Below are positions 24,521 to 37,411 of a stretch of 64,000 nucleotides of DNA, in pieces. Below the pieces are notes generated by a model, which was given only the letters and a program-made list of their open reading frames with translations, was not told the DNA's origin and did not search any database. A program made the translations under genes and the position numbers. The DNA comes from Lytechinus pictus (taxonomy: Eukaryota): assembly GCF_037042905.1 (NCBI RefSeq), contig NC_087251.1, forward strand, positions 29,700,001 to 29,764,000, given 5' to 3'. The first letter of the stretch is position 1. Each line of letters begins with the position of its first letter.

Positions 24521-25400
24521 CCAGAGCCCCGGACGGACGGACCGGTCCACAGCCTGACACTTCTTAATCTTGTTTAACCTGAAGATGGGGGGGGGGGGGT
24601 GAATCGGCCGATTTTTTTATCTTCTCTTTAAAGGCCCGTTTACACCGCATCCGGCACGGCGACCGTGCACGGCACCACGGCAATCCGGCACGGCAAAAAA
24701 AATCGATCCCCACTAAATCCTATGAAACTGTTTCCACTTCAACGGTGCCGTGCCGTATTGTACAACACGGCGTAATTTGCCGGATTTGCAGATCGATCAG
24801 CAAGCCATTTTCAGAGCACGGCACACGGTTTTTTCACTTCTGGCCAATCACAGTCCAGATAAATTACGTCATTGCCCACATATTTTCTGATCAAGCGACA
24901 AATCGCCTGCGGTGATAGTCTATGGGAGTTTACGTGTTAAATGCAAAATCGCACATACACGTAGGTCTACGTGTATTACCTGCTGAAGAGAGGTGACTGA
25001 AGGAGGACTTGATCTTGCAATTCTTGGTCTGGTAAGCAACTAATTAAGAACAAGTGTCATTTCGCATACTGTAGAACCGAGCCCCAGAAAGTAGAGCACA
25101 AGAAAATAAGGCCAAATAATATAAGGCCGGCCTGGGATAGGGCCTAACGTTATGATCTAACGAAGATCTAACGTAAGTTAGCTTAGCCTGGCTTAGCCTT
25201 AGCCTAGGCTTAGACTCGGTCTAACTCTAAGTTCTAACAAGATATAGGCTCCTATCTAATTTAGATAGGCTAGATGTTTATCCTAGCCTAAGTTACTTTT
25301 AGATCTAACGTTATAGACCTAATGTTAGACTCGATAATCAATTAGACTGGCCTAACGTAATTAGGCCTAGGCCTACTAAATAAAACAAGTTAGGACTTAA

Positions 25401-25816
25401 AGATAAATGAAAGTAGTTGCAGGAAACACTGATTTCACGAGAAAGTGTGTAAAACCGAGCTTAATTGTCACTATATAATCGAGGATCTAGATCTGGTACA
25501 GTTACATGAACTGAACTTTGTGAAATCTTGAAATCTACGCTGAAAAATGTTCATACTGAAGATCACCAACACAGATAAGCGCACGTGGGACAGTGTACTA
25601 TTAAAAATTATTGCTTTGATGAATGTCGGCCCGACGCTTGACCCAAATCCCGTGCTTATTTGCTAATTTCTCAGCAATTACACAATTTCTTCCGGAATCC
25701 TTTGCTTTGGCACATATTTTTTATTTATACAAACAGACACTTTGGTGGTCATTTCATTGGATTCTGTAGACTGTACGAACTCATTTTGAAATCGTTACCA
25801 CAACTGGCATTTATCT
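25401..25816. mobile_element. TTAA-flanked MITE nested in the Harbinger-like element
   Basis: TTAA-AGATAAATG ... CATTTATCT-TTAA. Confidence 0.75.
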
Positions 25817-27333
25817 TTAACTTAGACTTAGTAGAGTCTAACTAACAGTAACATTAGGCCTAACGTTACTAAGTTATAGTTAGATCTAACGTTAGGTAGA
25901 CCTATAACTAACGTTAACAAAAGTTAGACCTGTACGTTGTTGGTCTAACGTTAGGCCTCAGTAGTCTAGAGTCTACACATAGGTCTAACGTTAGTAACAC
26001 TACTACATGTAAGTTAGACCTCTTAACGAATATGATGAATTCCGGGATGAATTATTTATATTAAGATATAGACTAGCCTAGCCTAGTAGTAGTACTTTAG
26101 TTTTAGTAGTAGGGTCTATAATAGATGAGAGCTAGGCACTGAGTCGTTTTGTCAGCAGCAAGAGTGGCAGATAGGAGGGTGGCAAGGAATTAATAAGAGG
26201 GGATCTGGAGTGGTGAAACTTGGGTAGCCTGAACTGAAAGAAGTTAGACCGATTGCTCAGTTTGACCATATTTTTGTGGGACCCTCTGGTCGATCTGTTC
26301 TAGATCGAAACAAATGGTGGAAGGCTAAGGAGTAAGGCTAACTTAGTTATTTCCCACAAACTCTCTGGAAAAGACTAGGCCTACGAATAAATAATGTAAA
26401 AACCTAGACTCTAAATCCTCCCCATATGACGTCATACTTAGGCTTAGCTAATTAACGTTAGACATTGTTTTCATTGAAATATAGAGTCTAGGCCTAGTCA
26501 CTAAATTTAGGCTACTATAATTTTGGAGAGAACTTGCATTAAAAAAAGTTATTGTTTCTAGTTTGTCAAAAATTGTCAGTCTGTTATTATGTAAAGGATT
26601 TTAAAATGAGCGCACTTTCCTTTATCCAGGGGCAGCTCAATCGTGGGGCGATGGGAAGGGGTTTGGGTTGGCACTGGTTTGCCCGAAATAGAAATCCCCC
26701 AGAACAAAAGTGACCCCTTTTCAATATGAAATATGTCCTTTGTGTGCTGGCATAACTTTTAAATCTGCACATTTCTGTTCCAAAAATTGATTGCTTTATT
26801 TGTGTAATTTCATTCTTTTTTCATTGGTTTATTTCTTATTTGGTTTTTTTTTTTTTTTTTTTTGGGGGGGGGGCTGAAGTGATTGGGTACGTATACTATA
26901 CAGAGAAGACATAATTTGCTGACATTTTATTCAACAAACATTTCATCCCTAAAAAAACATTATATGGCTTAGCTTATAGGCTCTCATGGAGGCAAAAAAT
27001 TGTGCCTCTATCTTTTTTTTTCTTAACATGACCCTATGTTTACATGTACTTTTCAAATGATAAAAAATTATTATTTCAAGCTCTTGAAGGAATTTCTAGA
27101 CGATCACTTTTCTCTACAACTAAGCAAAATCATTTCAATTAGGAGAATTTCTATTTGTGCATTATAAAAATTGGACCCTGATCAGCAAGCCTGCCAGTTA
27201 CAATGTAAATGTAAGAAATTGCTGATTGGGTACTGGCCTTTCACTAATCGCTTTTGCAATTCTTTAAACCTTTATTATTATTATTTGCTAACAAAATTTA
27301 TATGGAATGTGTTGCATATGACAGATAACCAAC

Positions 27334-28965
27334 ATGGAGGAAGCCCTTATCCTAGAAGTGTAGGAAAATCCATTCCTGTATGACAAGAGATTGGAGCTGT
27401 TCAAGGATACAGAAGTAAAAAAATGATGTATGACATGACATTGGGCGTCAGCTTGTAATCTCAGGTTGGTATAATTTTACGTCATATTAATTTTTTTCAA
27501 ACTTCACGATTTTTTCACTATCAATTTGAAGAAAAATATTGAACAATGTAAAAGAGTTATATTTGTATGTGGATGTTTGAAAGCAAATCAAAATTGTTTG
27601 CACATGTGTAAAATAGTCTGGTGTTAAAAAAAAATAACAAATTAAATGAGACACAAGAGCAAGGGTATGTAAATGCAGAAAGAGACCTTGCTTTGTGATG
27701 TGGACCAAAAAATATATACCAACCCCTCCTCACAAATACGTAATATAAATATCACGTCACTTTTACAAGCAAAAAAAATGGAGGTAAAATTCTTTACTAT
27801 CAAAAGCATGTTGTCCAATTTCACATTGAAATATTTCGGGGGGGGGGTGGGTAGGGCTTGAAATGAGTCAAAAACAGAAATGAAAATTTTCAGAGGTTAT
27901 AGGAATTAGATTTCGTGTTGTTTTTTCATTATTTTAAGGTGACGTAGCGAGTTGAGGGACAACTTCCTAAAAAACGACAGAAATGGAGAGGAAGAGTGGT
28001 GACGGAGCTCCCTCAAATGCAGCACGTAAATACAAGTACAGTGAGGCAATGGAATTCCTACTTTCCCACATACATAATCGAGAGTAAGATATTCAATATT
28101 TTGTTTTCTTATCCCAGGGAAGAGAGAATATGTGTATATCAATTTGAATTCATGCAAAGAAATGTATTTTATAAATATGAATTCTGATATTGTGCTTCAC
28201 TTAACCCAGGTTTAGTTTCTGGGTTCTGACAGGAAACGGTCGGGCAACAGCTATGGTATTAATTTGCACTTTGTGCACTCTGCAGGGTGGATATGAGCGC
28301 TCTCATACAAACTATACAAATCATTTTGAATTATACATTGATGATTGGCTCATTCTCTCATGTTTACATTAACCCGTTTCCTGTAATTATACATCCACAT
28401 TTTCATTCAATATGATTTATCATATTTGTACTTGACTACCTGTGTAAAATAGTACAGGTTAATGGGTGTTGCATTTCCTTGAGGTGAGAGCCATTTGCCT
28501 TCAGAAAATTACCCTTAAAAATATATAATATAATAAAATAAAACTAAAGATGTTTCGAATATTAATGAAGTAAAGAACAGACAAACTGTATCGACTTGGT
28601 ACATGAGAGTCGATTTTTTTAGTATTCATTATTATGAGTAAAACATATGAAATAAATTTGAACATATGATTTTTCTGTCAGCAGAACAAGTTCAATCTTG
28701 GATCCTGCGTTTGATGTGGACACACCAGGAGAAGCCTGTACCAAGCAGGAAGAAACTGAGCAGGAGAATGGTGGGTGCCATCTGCCACAACGTGGGTCAG
28801 TCTTCCTCGTCATCATCCTCAGGCACGTCCGCAACATCAGTCCAGTCTTCAAGTCCCAACTTCACTTCAAATCGAGGACACAATGTTGCAGTATTTTCAA
28901 AGCACTGATAGTCATGGTGACAACATAACTGTAGATAAATTTTTCTCCAGCTTGTCCCCCATTGT
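27334..28965 (+). pseudogene. MADF (Myb/SANT-like) DNA-binding protein pseudogene, three exons (27325-27464, 27939-28083, 28685-~28965)
   Basis: Manual translation: MEEALILEV*ENPFLYDKRLELFKDTEVK/NDV*HDIGRQLVISG | ..ELRDNFLK/MERKSGDGAPSNAARKYKYSEAMEFLLSHIHNRE | TSSILD.../DKFFSSLSPIV. Junctions are GT-AG with compatible phases. Stops and frameshifts are present. Confidence 0.8.
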
Positions 28966-30435
28966 CCCACACTGTAAAAGTTACCTCAATGCCAGCTCCA
29001 TTGCTATAAGGTTAAATTTCGGTCGTCTGAACATTGAACATACTACTATAAGAATTAAAGTTTTTGTGTCATCTAACTCCAAGTCGATTCTTATTGATGT
29101 TATAAACATCTCACAATTTAAGAATCCAAATATGTTTCGTAGATTAAAAAAAAAGTTAACGGAAAATGCTCTAACTTGCTATGCTCCACCGCTAAAAAGA
29201 GAGCTGATATCTTATTCCCTCTGACCATGGAGCTAATAGCTCTATGCTCTGACATCACTCAATACTCTTTCGATTGTAACATAAAAGATGCAATGTCAGA
29301 CATGCAGCATCACCAACAAATTAAAAGCGGTGTATATATGATTGCATCTGAATTACTTATGATAAATCCATATGAAATAAATCATTTGCAGGAAATCTAC
29401 AACTTTAATGACTGATATCGTATTATAAACAACGACACCATTAAATGTGTTATTCTAATTTCCACTTGAATTTTTCACTTTGACATCTCCATAGGCAGCG
29501 GAAGCGGGGACAGGTCCCCCCCCCCCTAAATTTTTAGTTGATAACCTTTTTTTTATTTTTTGGCTTCCACCGCCAATGTACATCTCCCATTGTTACAGTT
29601 GCAAGTCAGTCTCAATTTGCAGAAATTACGATTGTGAAGGATTATGATCTTCCTCTTTTGTAGATCTGGAAAATATCGTCTGAGCATGTTCACCATTTAT
29701 TAAAAATATATTTATTTCTTAAATTATACTTGAATTTAAATTCAGGATTTGTTCACAGACAAGAGAAGTTGAGCATTTTGCACATCACAGAAAGTTGGTT
29801 CATGCAAATACATGTATTAACATGATCACTAGTAATGCACTATCAAATATCAACACATGAAACCAGTTACTGTGAAAATAAAAATGATGGGTACTGGACG
29901 GAACGTTTCTGGACTAATGTTTTATTTTGGAAACAGAGATCTAGGATTGTTTGAAATATGACAAAATGTTAGAAACAAAATTTCATCTCTAAACAGAATG
30001 GCAATGACACTCCTGTTGCCTGTTTCATAGAGAGGTACAACTATCATAACTTTGTCTTTAATATGGCGCAACATCCAATTATAATTGTGGTTTACATGGT
30101 AGTTGCCATAATGTTAAAGTACTTTTGAAATTGGCCCCTGGACATGAAGAATACTGACAAAAGAAAGTTGATTGTGAAATAAAAAAGAATACATTCATCT
30201 TCAAGAAATTTTTTGACGCCCCATGCATTTTTTGTTGTTTATATATCTCGTATTATTTTTTTCTGTAATAAATTAATGAGCATCACTTTTTTTTCAACAA
30301 CAAATATAATGTAGATTGCTGAAGAACCTAAAATATATTTGGAGCTGAACTAAACTCAAAATAAAGATGTCGACAAAATGAAGTCCAGTGTTGCTCTTAT
30401 TTATTGGGCCAGACCTCACTTGGCATTGCTTTTAA

Positions 30436-30990
30436 AAAACAAGTCCACCCCAACAAAAAAGTTGATTTGAATAAAAGAGAAATATCCAACAAGCATAACA
30501 CTGAAAATATCATCAAATTCAGATGTAAAATAAGAAAGTTATGACATTTTAAAGTTTCGCTTAATTTTCACAAAACAGTTATATACACATCCTGATCGGT
30601 ATGCAAATGAGGAGACTGATAACGTCATTCGCTCACTATTTATTTTGTATTTTATTTATATGAAATATGAAATGTAATTTTCTTCTCATTGTCAAGAGAA
30701 ACAACAATTAATTCCTCCCTGAACATGTAGAATTAGCATTGGTTTAGTCAAGTTGGTCATTATTGTCAAATAAATGAAATATTGTATTTTTCAAACAATA
30801 AAAAAAAAAATAGTAAGGGACATCAACTGTCTCATTTACATATCACTGAGGTGTGCATATCACTCTTTTGTGAAAATAAGCGAAACTTTAAAATGTCATA
30901 ACTTTTTTATATCCGATTCTGCATGAATCATGCTAGTTTGACTTTTTTCTATTTATTCAAATTAACAGTTTTCTTGGGTGGATTTGACCT
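30436..30990 (+). mobile_element. TTAA MITE family A nested in the Harbinger-like element
   Basis: AAGTCCACCCCAACAAAAAAGTTG start, GGGTGGATTTGACCT-TTAA end. Confidence 0.8.
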
Positions 30991-31380
30991 TTAAACAAAT
31001 AATATACCGTATTCAAATATGTTCAGAAATAATTTCGTATAACCAATTTAACTAATAGAAACAGAGAGAATAGAAGAATCAAGAAAAGTGGAAGAACTAA
31101 GGGTGAAAGGTGAACCAATGAGCACGAGGTCATGAATGAAGAAGAATGTTCTGAATATAAATGAGAAGACAATAGAAACATGTGGAGTTGTAATGGCATT
31201 AGAATCTGATATATAAACTAAGGAGTAAGGAATGAGATAAACTAAGGAATGAGATGAACAGGTGACAATGGCATAGAAATGGGAAGTGAAGTATGGAAAG
31301 CAAAGTGTAAAATAAAAAGATTAATCATGACAAAATTCAATTACATTTAAAAAGAACGATCAATTCCCGTATAGATATGA

Positions 31381-31545
31381 GTGAATAACAAAGAATATTT
31401 GTGTCTGTCCAATGAGCAGTCCGTCAGATTGATGCTTCTTGGTGGAATTCAAGACAAGATTAATTTATACATGGGACATAGATACACGAAAATCCTTAAA
31501 AATTACTTCTTGCCACGCCTGAAGCAGGCTTCTTTGCCTTGGGTT
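31381..31545 (+). pseudogene. Possible C-terminal remnant of a Harbinger transposase
   Basis: Allowing frameshifts, it reads DTRKILKNYF.ATPEAG.SLPW, resembling the R..L..YF...G..PW end of Harbinger transposases. It is adjacent to the right TIR; no DDE core is seen. Confidence 0.3.
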
Positions 31546-33170
31546 TTCATGGGTACATTGGACGGTTTTTGCCTGCTGGACGGGATCCGTGCACGGCTTT
31601 ATTGCCGTGCCGTGGGGCAGTGGAAACTGGAAAACAGCACGGCGTGCCGTATGCCGTGCCGGAATGCCGTGCACGGTCGCCGTGCCGGATGCGGTGTAAA
31701 CGGGCCTTTACATCGGTGTATAAAATGAAAGGGGAAGATATTTACGACCGGGATTTACGAACTAGTTTATTTCACAATAAGTTAACAATACGCCAATATA
31801 AATAATGATGTATTTTAGTTTGAACATTTCACTTTAATACTGGTTTTGTAATTTGGTTCTTTCATTTAAAAAAAATTACGACCTTTCTCGATCTGCTGTT
31901 CTCCAGATCAGAATCACTAGATGCATGTTTCACATCGCAGTGTAATTAGAACCTATCAATTTTCTGTAATAGTGTTGTTTTTTACGCCAAGCTAGCCTTT
32001 CCAATTATATTGATAATGATCATTTAATTCTATTTTGCAGGGGGTGGGTAATCTAATTTCTTTGTGTTCACTCTTTAAGAGTACAGATAAGTGACATGTT
32101 ATTACCAAACCTCATCAATTTCAGGCAGGGTGGATCTAGGATTTTTCCAAAGGGGGGGGGGGCACATTTTCCCAAGGAAAAATTTGACGAGCAAAAAAAA
32201 AAAGGGGGGGGGGGGTCTTCACTTTCAAAAGGGGGACACACTTCTGTTTTAACAGCATTTTACATTACAATTTTTAATTGAGCCTCTCAAGGGGGGGGGG
32301 GGGTGCACTGGTCGGCTTTGCCCCCCCCCCCCCCACTCTTTATGAATTGTTTCTCCCTCATTTATTCCAGCCTCCTCTCAAAATAAATCAAGAATAAAAT
32401 GGCCCTTTATGGTTGCTCCCTGTTGGTAATTTGTCAATTGGCTTTGTCCACTCTCTTGTGCACCCTGGCCTATGCCCCTTCACATTATTATTATACATTA
32501 TCTATTCTTTTAATCTCTCTTCAGCTCTCTCTTTGCCATATCGCACTGTTATTATTCAACCACACACACAACTCTTTCTCTTATATTTTCCACCTCTCAT
32601 CTCTTCTTGCAATTCATTAAAAAGGGTCAACAGCAAACTTGAAATCACCCATGTATCTTTCCCATTAAAAAAAAATATATTTTTAGAAATTCTCTGTCAC
32701 ATCTACATAACAGCCATGGATCAAAATTCTTTAAGGGGGGGGGGGGTGGGGCTTTTGCCCTCCCCCTTTAACATCCTGGTTTTCAAAAGGATTATTATTT
32801 ATTTTATTTTCAAATTTATTCATTTTTATATCTTTATATATTTGTTATGTTTTATGTTTTTAATGGGGGGTGATTTTTACAGGGAAAACCCGCAACTACC
32901 ACCCCCTCCAACCTAGATCCATGGCTGCACAATGTAGGTCTCATTACTCTTAACTTTAACTTTATGCTGCTTGTTCACTTTTGCTCGTCCATTAATTCTA
33001 CTAGTACTTCCAGTCTCTCCTCAAATAACTTGATTCACCTAAACTCTCGGCTAAAAAGAATCATAGACGACTTGTTAATTTAGTGACAATGACAAAATTA
33101 TTATTTTAATTCATTTATTCCAAATACATAAATCAGGTAACAATTGTTTTCCTCTTGAGTTTAAAGATAA

Positions 33171-33318
33171 AATTTTGATCAGAGCTCATTCCCATCTTCT
33201 TAATATGAAATGTTGTGAAAGAGACTACTGTCCTCAGTCTTCTCACAAACACAGATGCGATGTCACATCCCCCGAATTCAGTCATAATTTTTGTTAAAAA
33301 TTCTTCATTGTCAAAATT
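33171..33318 (-). ncRNA. Candidate C/D-box snoRNA (148 nt, target unknown)
   Basis: 8-bp terminal stem AATTTTGA/TCAAAATT, 2-nt spacer, C box ATGAAGA (one mismatch), internal D' CTGA, a long internal stem with G-U pairs favouring the minus strand, and D box CTGA. Confidence 0.42.
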
Positions 33319-33686
33319 GTTACACAATTTCATGTACATATTATAGTGCTGAATTATCATATTTATTCATCATTCCTGTTATGTCATTGTAATAAATTTA
33401 TTATTCGAAGTATTATTATCATTTATAAACATCATCATTATCTACATCCATATTTGTAAAAACTACTGCTACGATCAGCAAGGATAATTACCCCTAAAGT
33501 AACCCTATCCCTCTTAAATTGTTTGTGGGTTTTGTTTGGTCAGTGGTGAGGGGGGAAGCAGTTACAATACTCTATTGTAAATAAATGCAGTAATTCAGTT
33601 TGGTATAGGATGTTTGGCATATTGTCAATGCATTATTCCCTAATTCTTCCACCAGAAAATTATTGTTGGAATTAAAAAAACAAACC

Positions 33687-34113
33687 CTTAATTTGGTCTT
33701 GTATTTCTTGAGTCTCTAAAACAAAGGATGTGAAGCAGAGTCATGTTCCATGTCTGTTGAAAAAAACACACACAAAAAGACAGAAATGTTAGCAATTCAA
33801 TCAAGCCATCATCAAAATAAATAGAAATAAAACAAATATATAAAAGCTTAATGAAATCACAAGCCGAATGAGTCGCCTTTACAATATCTGGTGTTGATCA
33901 TTCTTGGATAAAGTCATTTGGTATGTAAATACATGAAGTCATTCAGTTTGATATATAGGATGATTATTGTTTTTTTTTTACCTTTTTGAATCAGGAGGGT
34001 CCTGCAGCTTAATTTGGTCTTGTAATTCTTGAGTCTTTAAATGAGGATGTGAAGCAGCATCATGTTCTATGTCTGTTGATTAAAACAATACACACAGACA
34101 GAAATGTTAGCAA
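33687..34113. repeat. Tandemly duplicated ~110-bp acceptor-plus-exon unit (33687-33796 and 34008-34113)
   Basis: CTTAATTTGGTCTTGTA...GGATGTGAAGCAG...GACAGAAATGTTAGCAAT occurs twice. Confidence 0.9.
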
Positions 34114-35409
34114 TACAAGCTATTGTAAAAAAAACACATAACACTTGGACTATAGCGTATATATCTAGATCTAGTCATAGACTCTGACGTACATAGATCT
34201 GGAACTAAATGTAAGTAGAATAGTAGATCTAGATCTACATCAAAAGTAGATCTAAATTTCATATTTGTTAAACCTACCATTCTGCGAACTTTCAATGTTA
34301 TTGAATCATATAAGTGTTAGATCTAGACTAAAGCTGTCTTGACCCAGGGTTTTTTAAATAGTTTCATGACATTTGCTCTGATGACAAGTGCTCCGATGGA
34401 AAATCTGCACGTTAGGCCAAGCAAAAGCTAACCTCCAAAATTAAATAAACCCTTTGGCCTTAACTTAAGACACTGTCCCTGACTGAAATAGGCCTAGGAT
34501 ATAGATTCTACAGGTCGCTTTGACTTTGTTGTAGGCCTAGATCCAAGTCTAGTCTAGGTCTATAGACCTATATAAGCTAGATAGGATAGGAGGTAGTCAT
34601 GTTTTCTTTTAGCTTTAGCCAAGACCTGTATCAGATCTACCGATGAATTAGGCCCAACTTAGACTAGATCTCTACTCCCCTCTCCTCTAGGCTCTAGATC
34701 TACGTTGCCGAGTCTGAGGCTGTCCGAAGTGGCGACATTCAGACCCCGGGGTAGGCCCTACATCTAAGTTAGATTAACTTAGACTAGGTCTAGATCTAGG
34801 CGGTAGGCCCAACTTTCAAGTTTAAAAAAATAAAAGAAAACATAAGAACTAGCCTAGCCCTAGCACTAACAAAAAAGTTAGGCCCCCAAGGCCCTAGATC
34901 TAATAGTAGAAAGAAGTTTGGGAAAAACATCTTTTTACAAAATGATCGAGGACTAGACTCTAGATCTACTAGAGCCGAGGCTATGGTCCTATTGTCTTGA
35001 TATGTGAATTCAAAGGGAACGGGTTAATGGAGTGAATGTCTTTCTAAATTCAATATGTCTAGCCTAAACGTTATCTAGATTCTAGTTCTTTTCATGCCTG
35101 CCGAGATCTTCGGTAGGAATCGAAATTTCAGAGAAACTCTCGCCCAAAAGTCTGGCGTGAATTGAATATACGAGGTCTGAAATGGTAGCAGATGGAGATT
35201 TACATGTAATATAGCCGCCATATTTAGCTCACGACGATGGAAATAGTTTTGAGTTTTCGCAAGTCGTTTGCTTCCTAATTGTTCACTTTTTATAAACAAA
35301 AATTAATTCATGTTATACCCAGACTTCTAAAGATCCCATATAACATAAGATCTTTTGATTTATATTTGTAAATGAATTAAAATTCAGCGTTAATCTGACA
35401 GTACTCACC

Positions 35410-36050
35410 GAAAATCTTTCAAGGACATAACCTTCTTCTGTGCGGGTGACGTCACCTTTTAGATAGGGGTCAAATTATGACGTACGAATTTCAATAGAAA
35501 AATATATTATTCATGAGGTAATGTCCAATCAAATCACAGTATCTTGCGAGTACGCAAAGAAAAAATAAATGATTCATTAGCAATATGCAAATGGGGGCTT
35601 AGGATTCGGTTCAAATGTCTCCCAGGAGGTGTGGCCGAAAGTGGTAAAAAATACGCTTATCACCATGGAGCTTCTATGGAGTATCTGTACGTTATATGCA
35701 AATGTTATTTAAATGGGGCTTTTCCGCGGGTGCTACCTTTCCGTCTATACGTATTTATTAGTCTATGGCAAGCCCCCGAAGCTACCGCCATTTTGTTTAA
35801 TCCATTAGAAGCTAAAATAAGCCCTCATTAATATTAATTTCGTACGATGCTCCCTCGTCAACTGTGGTTTTGTACGTGTATTAGACAATACGCACATCAG
35901 CGCAATGACAAAGGTCAACTTGGCAAATTCATTAATGTATTCATTTTGTTACGCGCTCGTGACGCGAAGGATTCAGCGAATCAAGCAAGCGCAAATCTGA
36001 GACGATACGTTGCGCTCTATAAAGTATCGATATCACAAGCGATATCACTT
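35410..36050. promoter_or_regulatory. Back-to-back promoter modules C (minus, 35410-35660) and B (plus, 35735-36050)
   Basis: C: GGAGACATTTG..AATCCTAAGCCCCCATTTGCATAT on the minus strand, CCAAT, CRE TGACGTCA. B: GCCCCCGAAGCTACCGCCATTTTGTT, TAAGCCCTCATT, AGGTCAACTT, TATAAAG at ~36018. Confidence 0.6.
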
Positions 36051-37411
36051 AAAAACAAAGCATTGTTTGTATTGCGTCTTATAGGCCTATGCAAGGGAAG
36101 ATGAAAAAAGAGTAGATCAAGTCGTGATTAGGTAAAGAGGTCTCCAGTGCTTTTGCCATCCCCAAATTGTCACATGTTAAGATATACAGCAATCTTAGTT
36201 TTTAACAAATGTAAAGAATCAATATTAATTAATCGATATTAGGGGGGCCTACATTATACAAGCTCTGCTTTTCAGTTGGCCCTCCCTCCCTTTCAATTAT
36301 TTATATTTCGATTTGATAATTGTCTATTGTAATTTTATAATGTCAATTTTTGTATGTACTTCAAATGTGTTTATATGTTACTTTGTCAATTGTATCATAA
36401 TTGTAAATATGAAATTGAAAGTGGAAAATAAAATAATTGAATTGAATCTAGACTCTAAACAGCCGGCAGAGGCCGCCAAACGGATCAAAGGGGGCTGTTG
36501 CGCTGACCCAAAAGTTTGTTTTCTTTTTTTTTTCTAGGGGGGGGGGGCGGGTGGGGGCAGAACATGGTTATTACAATTTGATGGTAATTTTCACTGGTTG
36601 AGTATGGTTATACTGAAAAAATAACTGTCACCACTAATAGAGTACATTTCTTGTTACAAATTTCGAGAAGATCAAAAAAAAATTTTTTTGTTCAAGGTAT
36701 AATACGCAAGGGGCCGGCCCCCTCATGGATCCCCGTGTCTGTTTTCTTCATCTGGCATCCGTTTCATAATGAATTACAGCTATTTAAACATCGCTGTTAT
36801 TGTGATTACCGTGGTTACCTAGATTATGATTGGTTATAGCAGTTACCATCGTAGTTAACTACGATGGTAACTGCTATAACCAATCATAATTACCATACTT
36901 GTTACTCATGATGAAACGGCATTTCTTGCTCTGATTTTCCATTTCATAATTTTCCCACTCACGTTCTTTTGGTGCCGCCTTTCTCCTACATATATTTCCT
37001 TCTTCTTTTCCCACTTGATATCTGTCTCCTGGTTTCCATAAATCTCGTCTTATTTCTCTTCCTCCCCTTTGTTCCTACTTCCCACCATTCGTGCTCTCTT
37101 ACCCCCCCCCCCTCTAAATTATCTCTTCATATGTGCCCCTCCATTTCTTTCTCATCTCTTTTCAACCCCCTTCTCATCACTCTTTCTCTCTCTCGATCTC
37201 CATCTCATTTTGAATTTTGCCTATTCCAAATCCCTTTCATTTTAGCTCTGTACAAATACTATATGAATACAAATGAAAGACATGAAGGCATTTTCTGGTT
37301 AGTTGTGAATTTTATTAACAGCCAGAAAAAATATTATCAGAGGATTTAGCTTTACTTTTTTTCTTAAGCGTATGTTAATACTTTGAATCGAACGAAAATG
37401 TTTTTTGTATG

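Larger units (their letters stand above)
24633..31706 (+). mobile_element. PIF/Harbinger-superfamily DNA transposon, internally decayed
   Basis: Perfect 42-bp TIR GGCCCGTTTACACCGCATCCGGCACGGCGACCGTGCACGGCA, subterminal GCACGG repeats, a MADF/Myb-like gene remnant, and nested MITEs. Confidence 0.85.
32940..35450 (-). ncRNA. Putative spliced non-coding transcript C
   Basis: Donor CG|GTGAGTAC at 35408. Exons 34072-33982 and 33753-33686 each have a branch point CTAAC, a pyrimidine tract and CAG. A further acceptor lies at 33051. There is no substantial ORF, and both ends are uncertain. Confidence 0.45.

Noticed and set aside
33455..33640. H/ACA snoRNA or telomerase-like RNA (AGAGTA, ACA, TAACCCTA)
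   Set aside because: The 5' hairpin pairs poorly, the H box lies inside a palindrome, and the template-like word is short and on the opposite strand from the H/ACA boxes.
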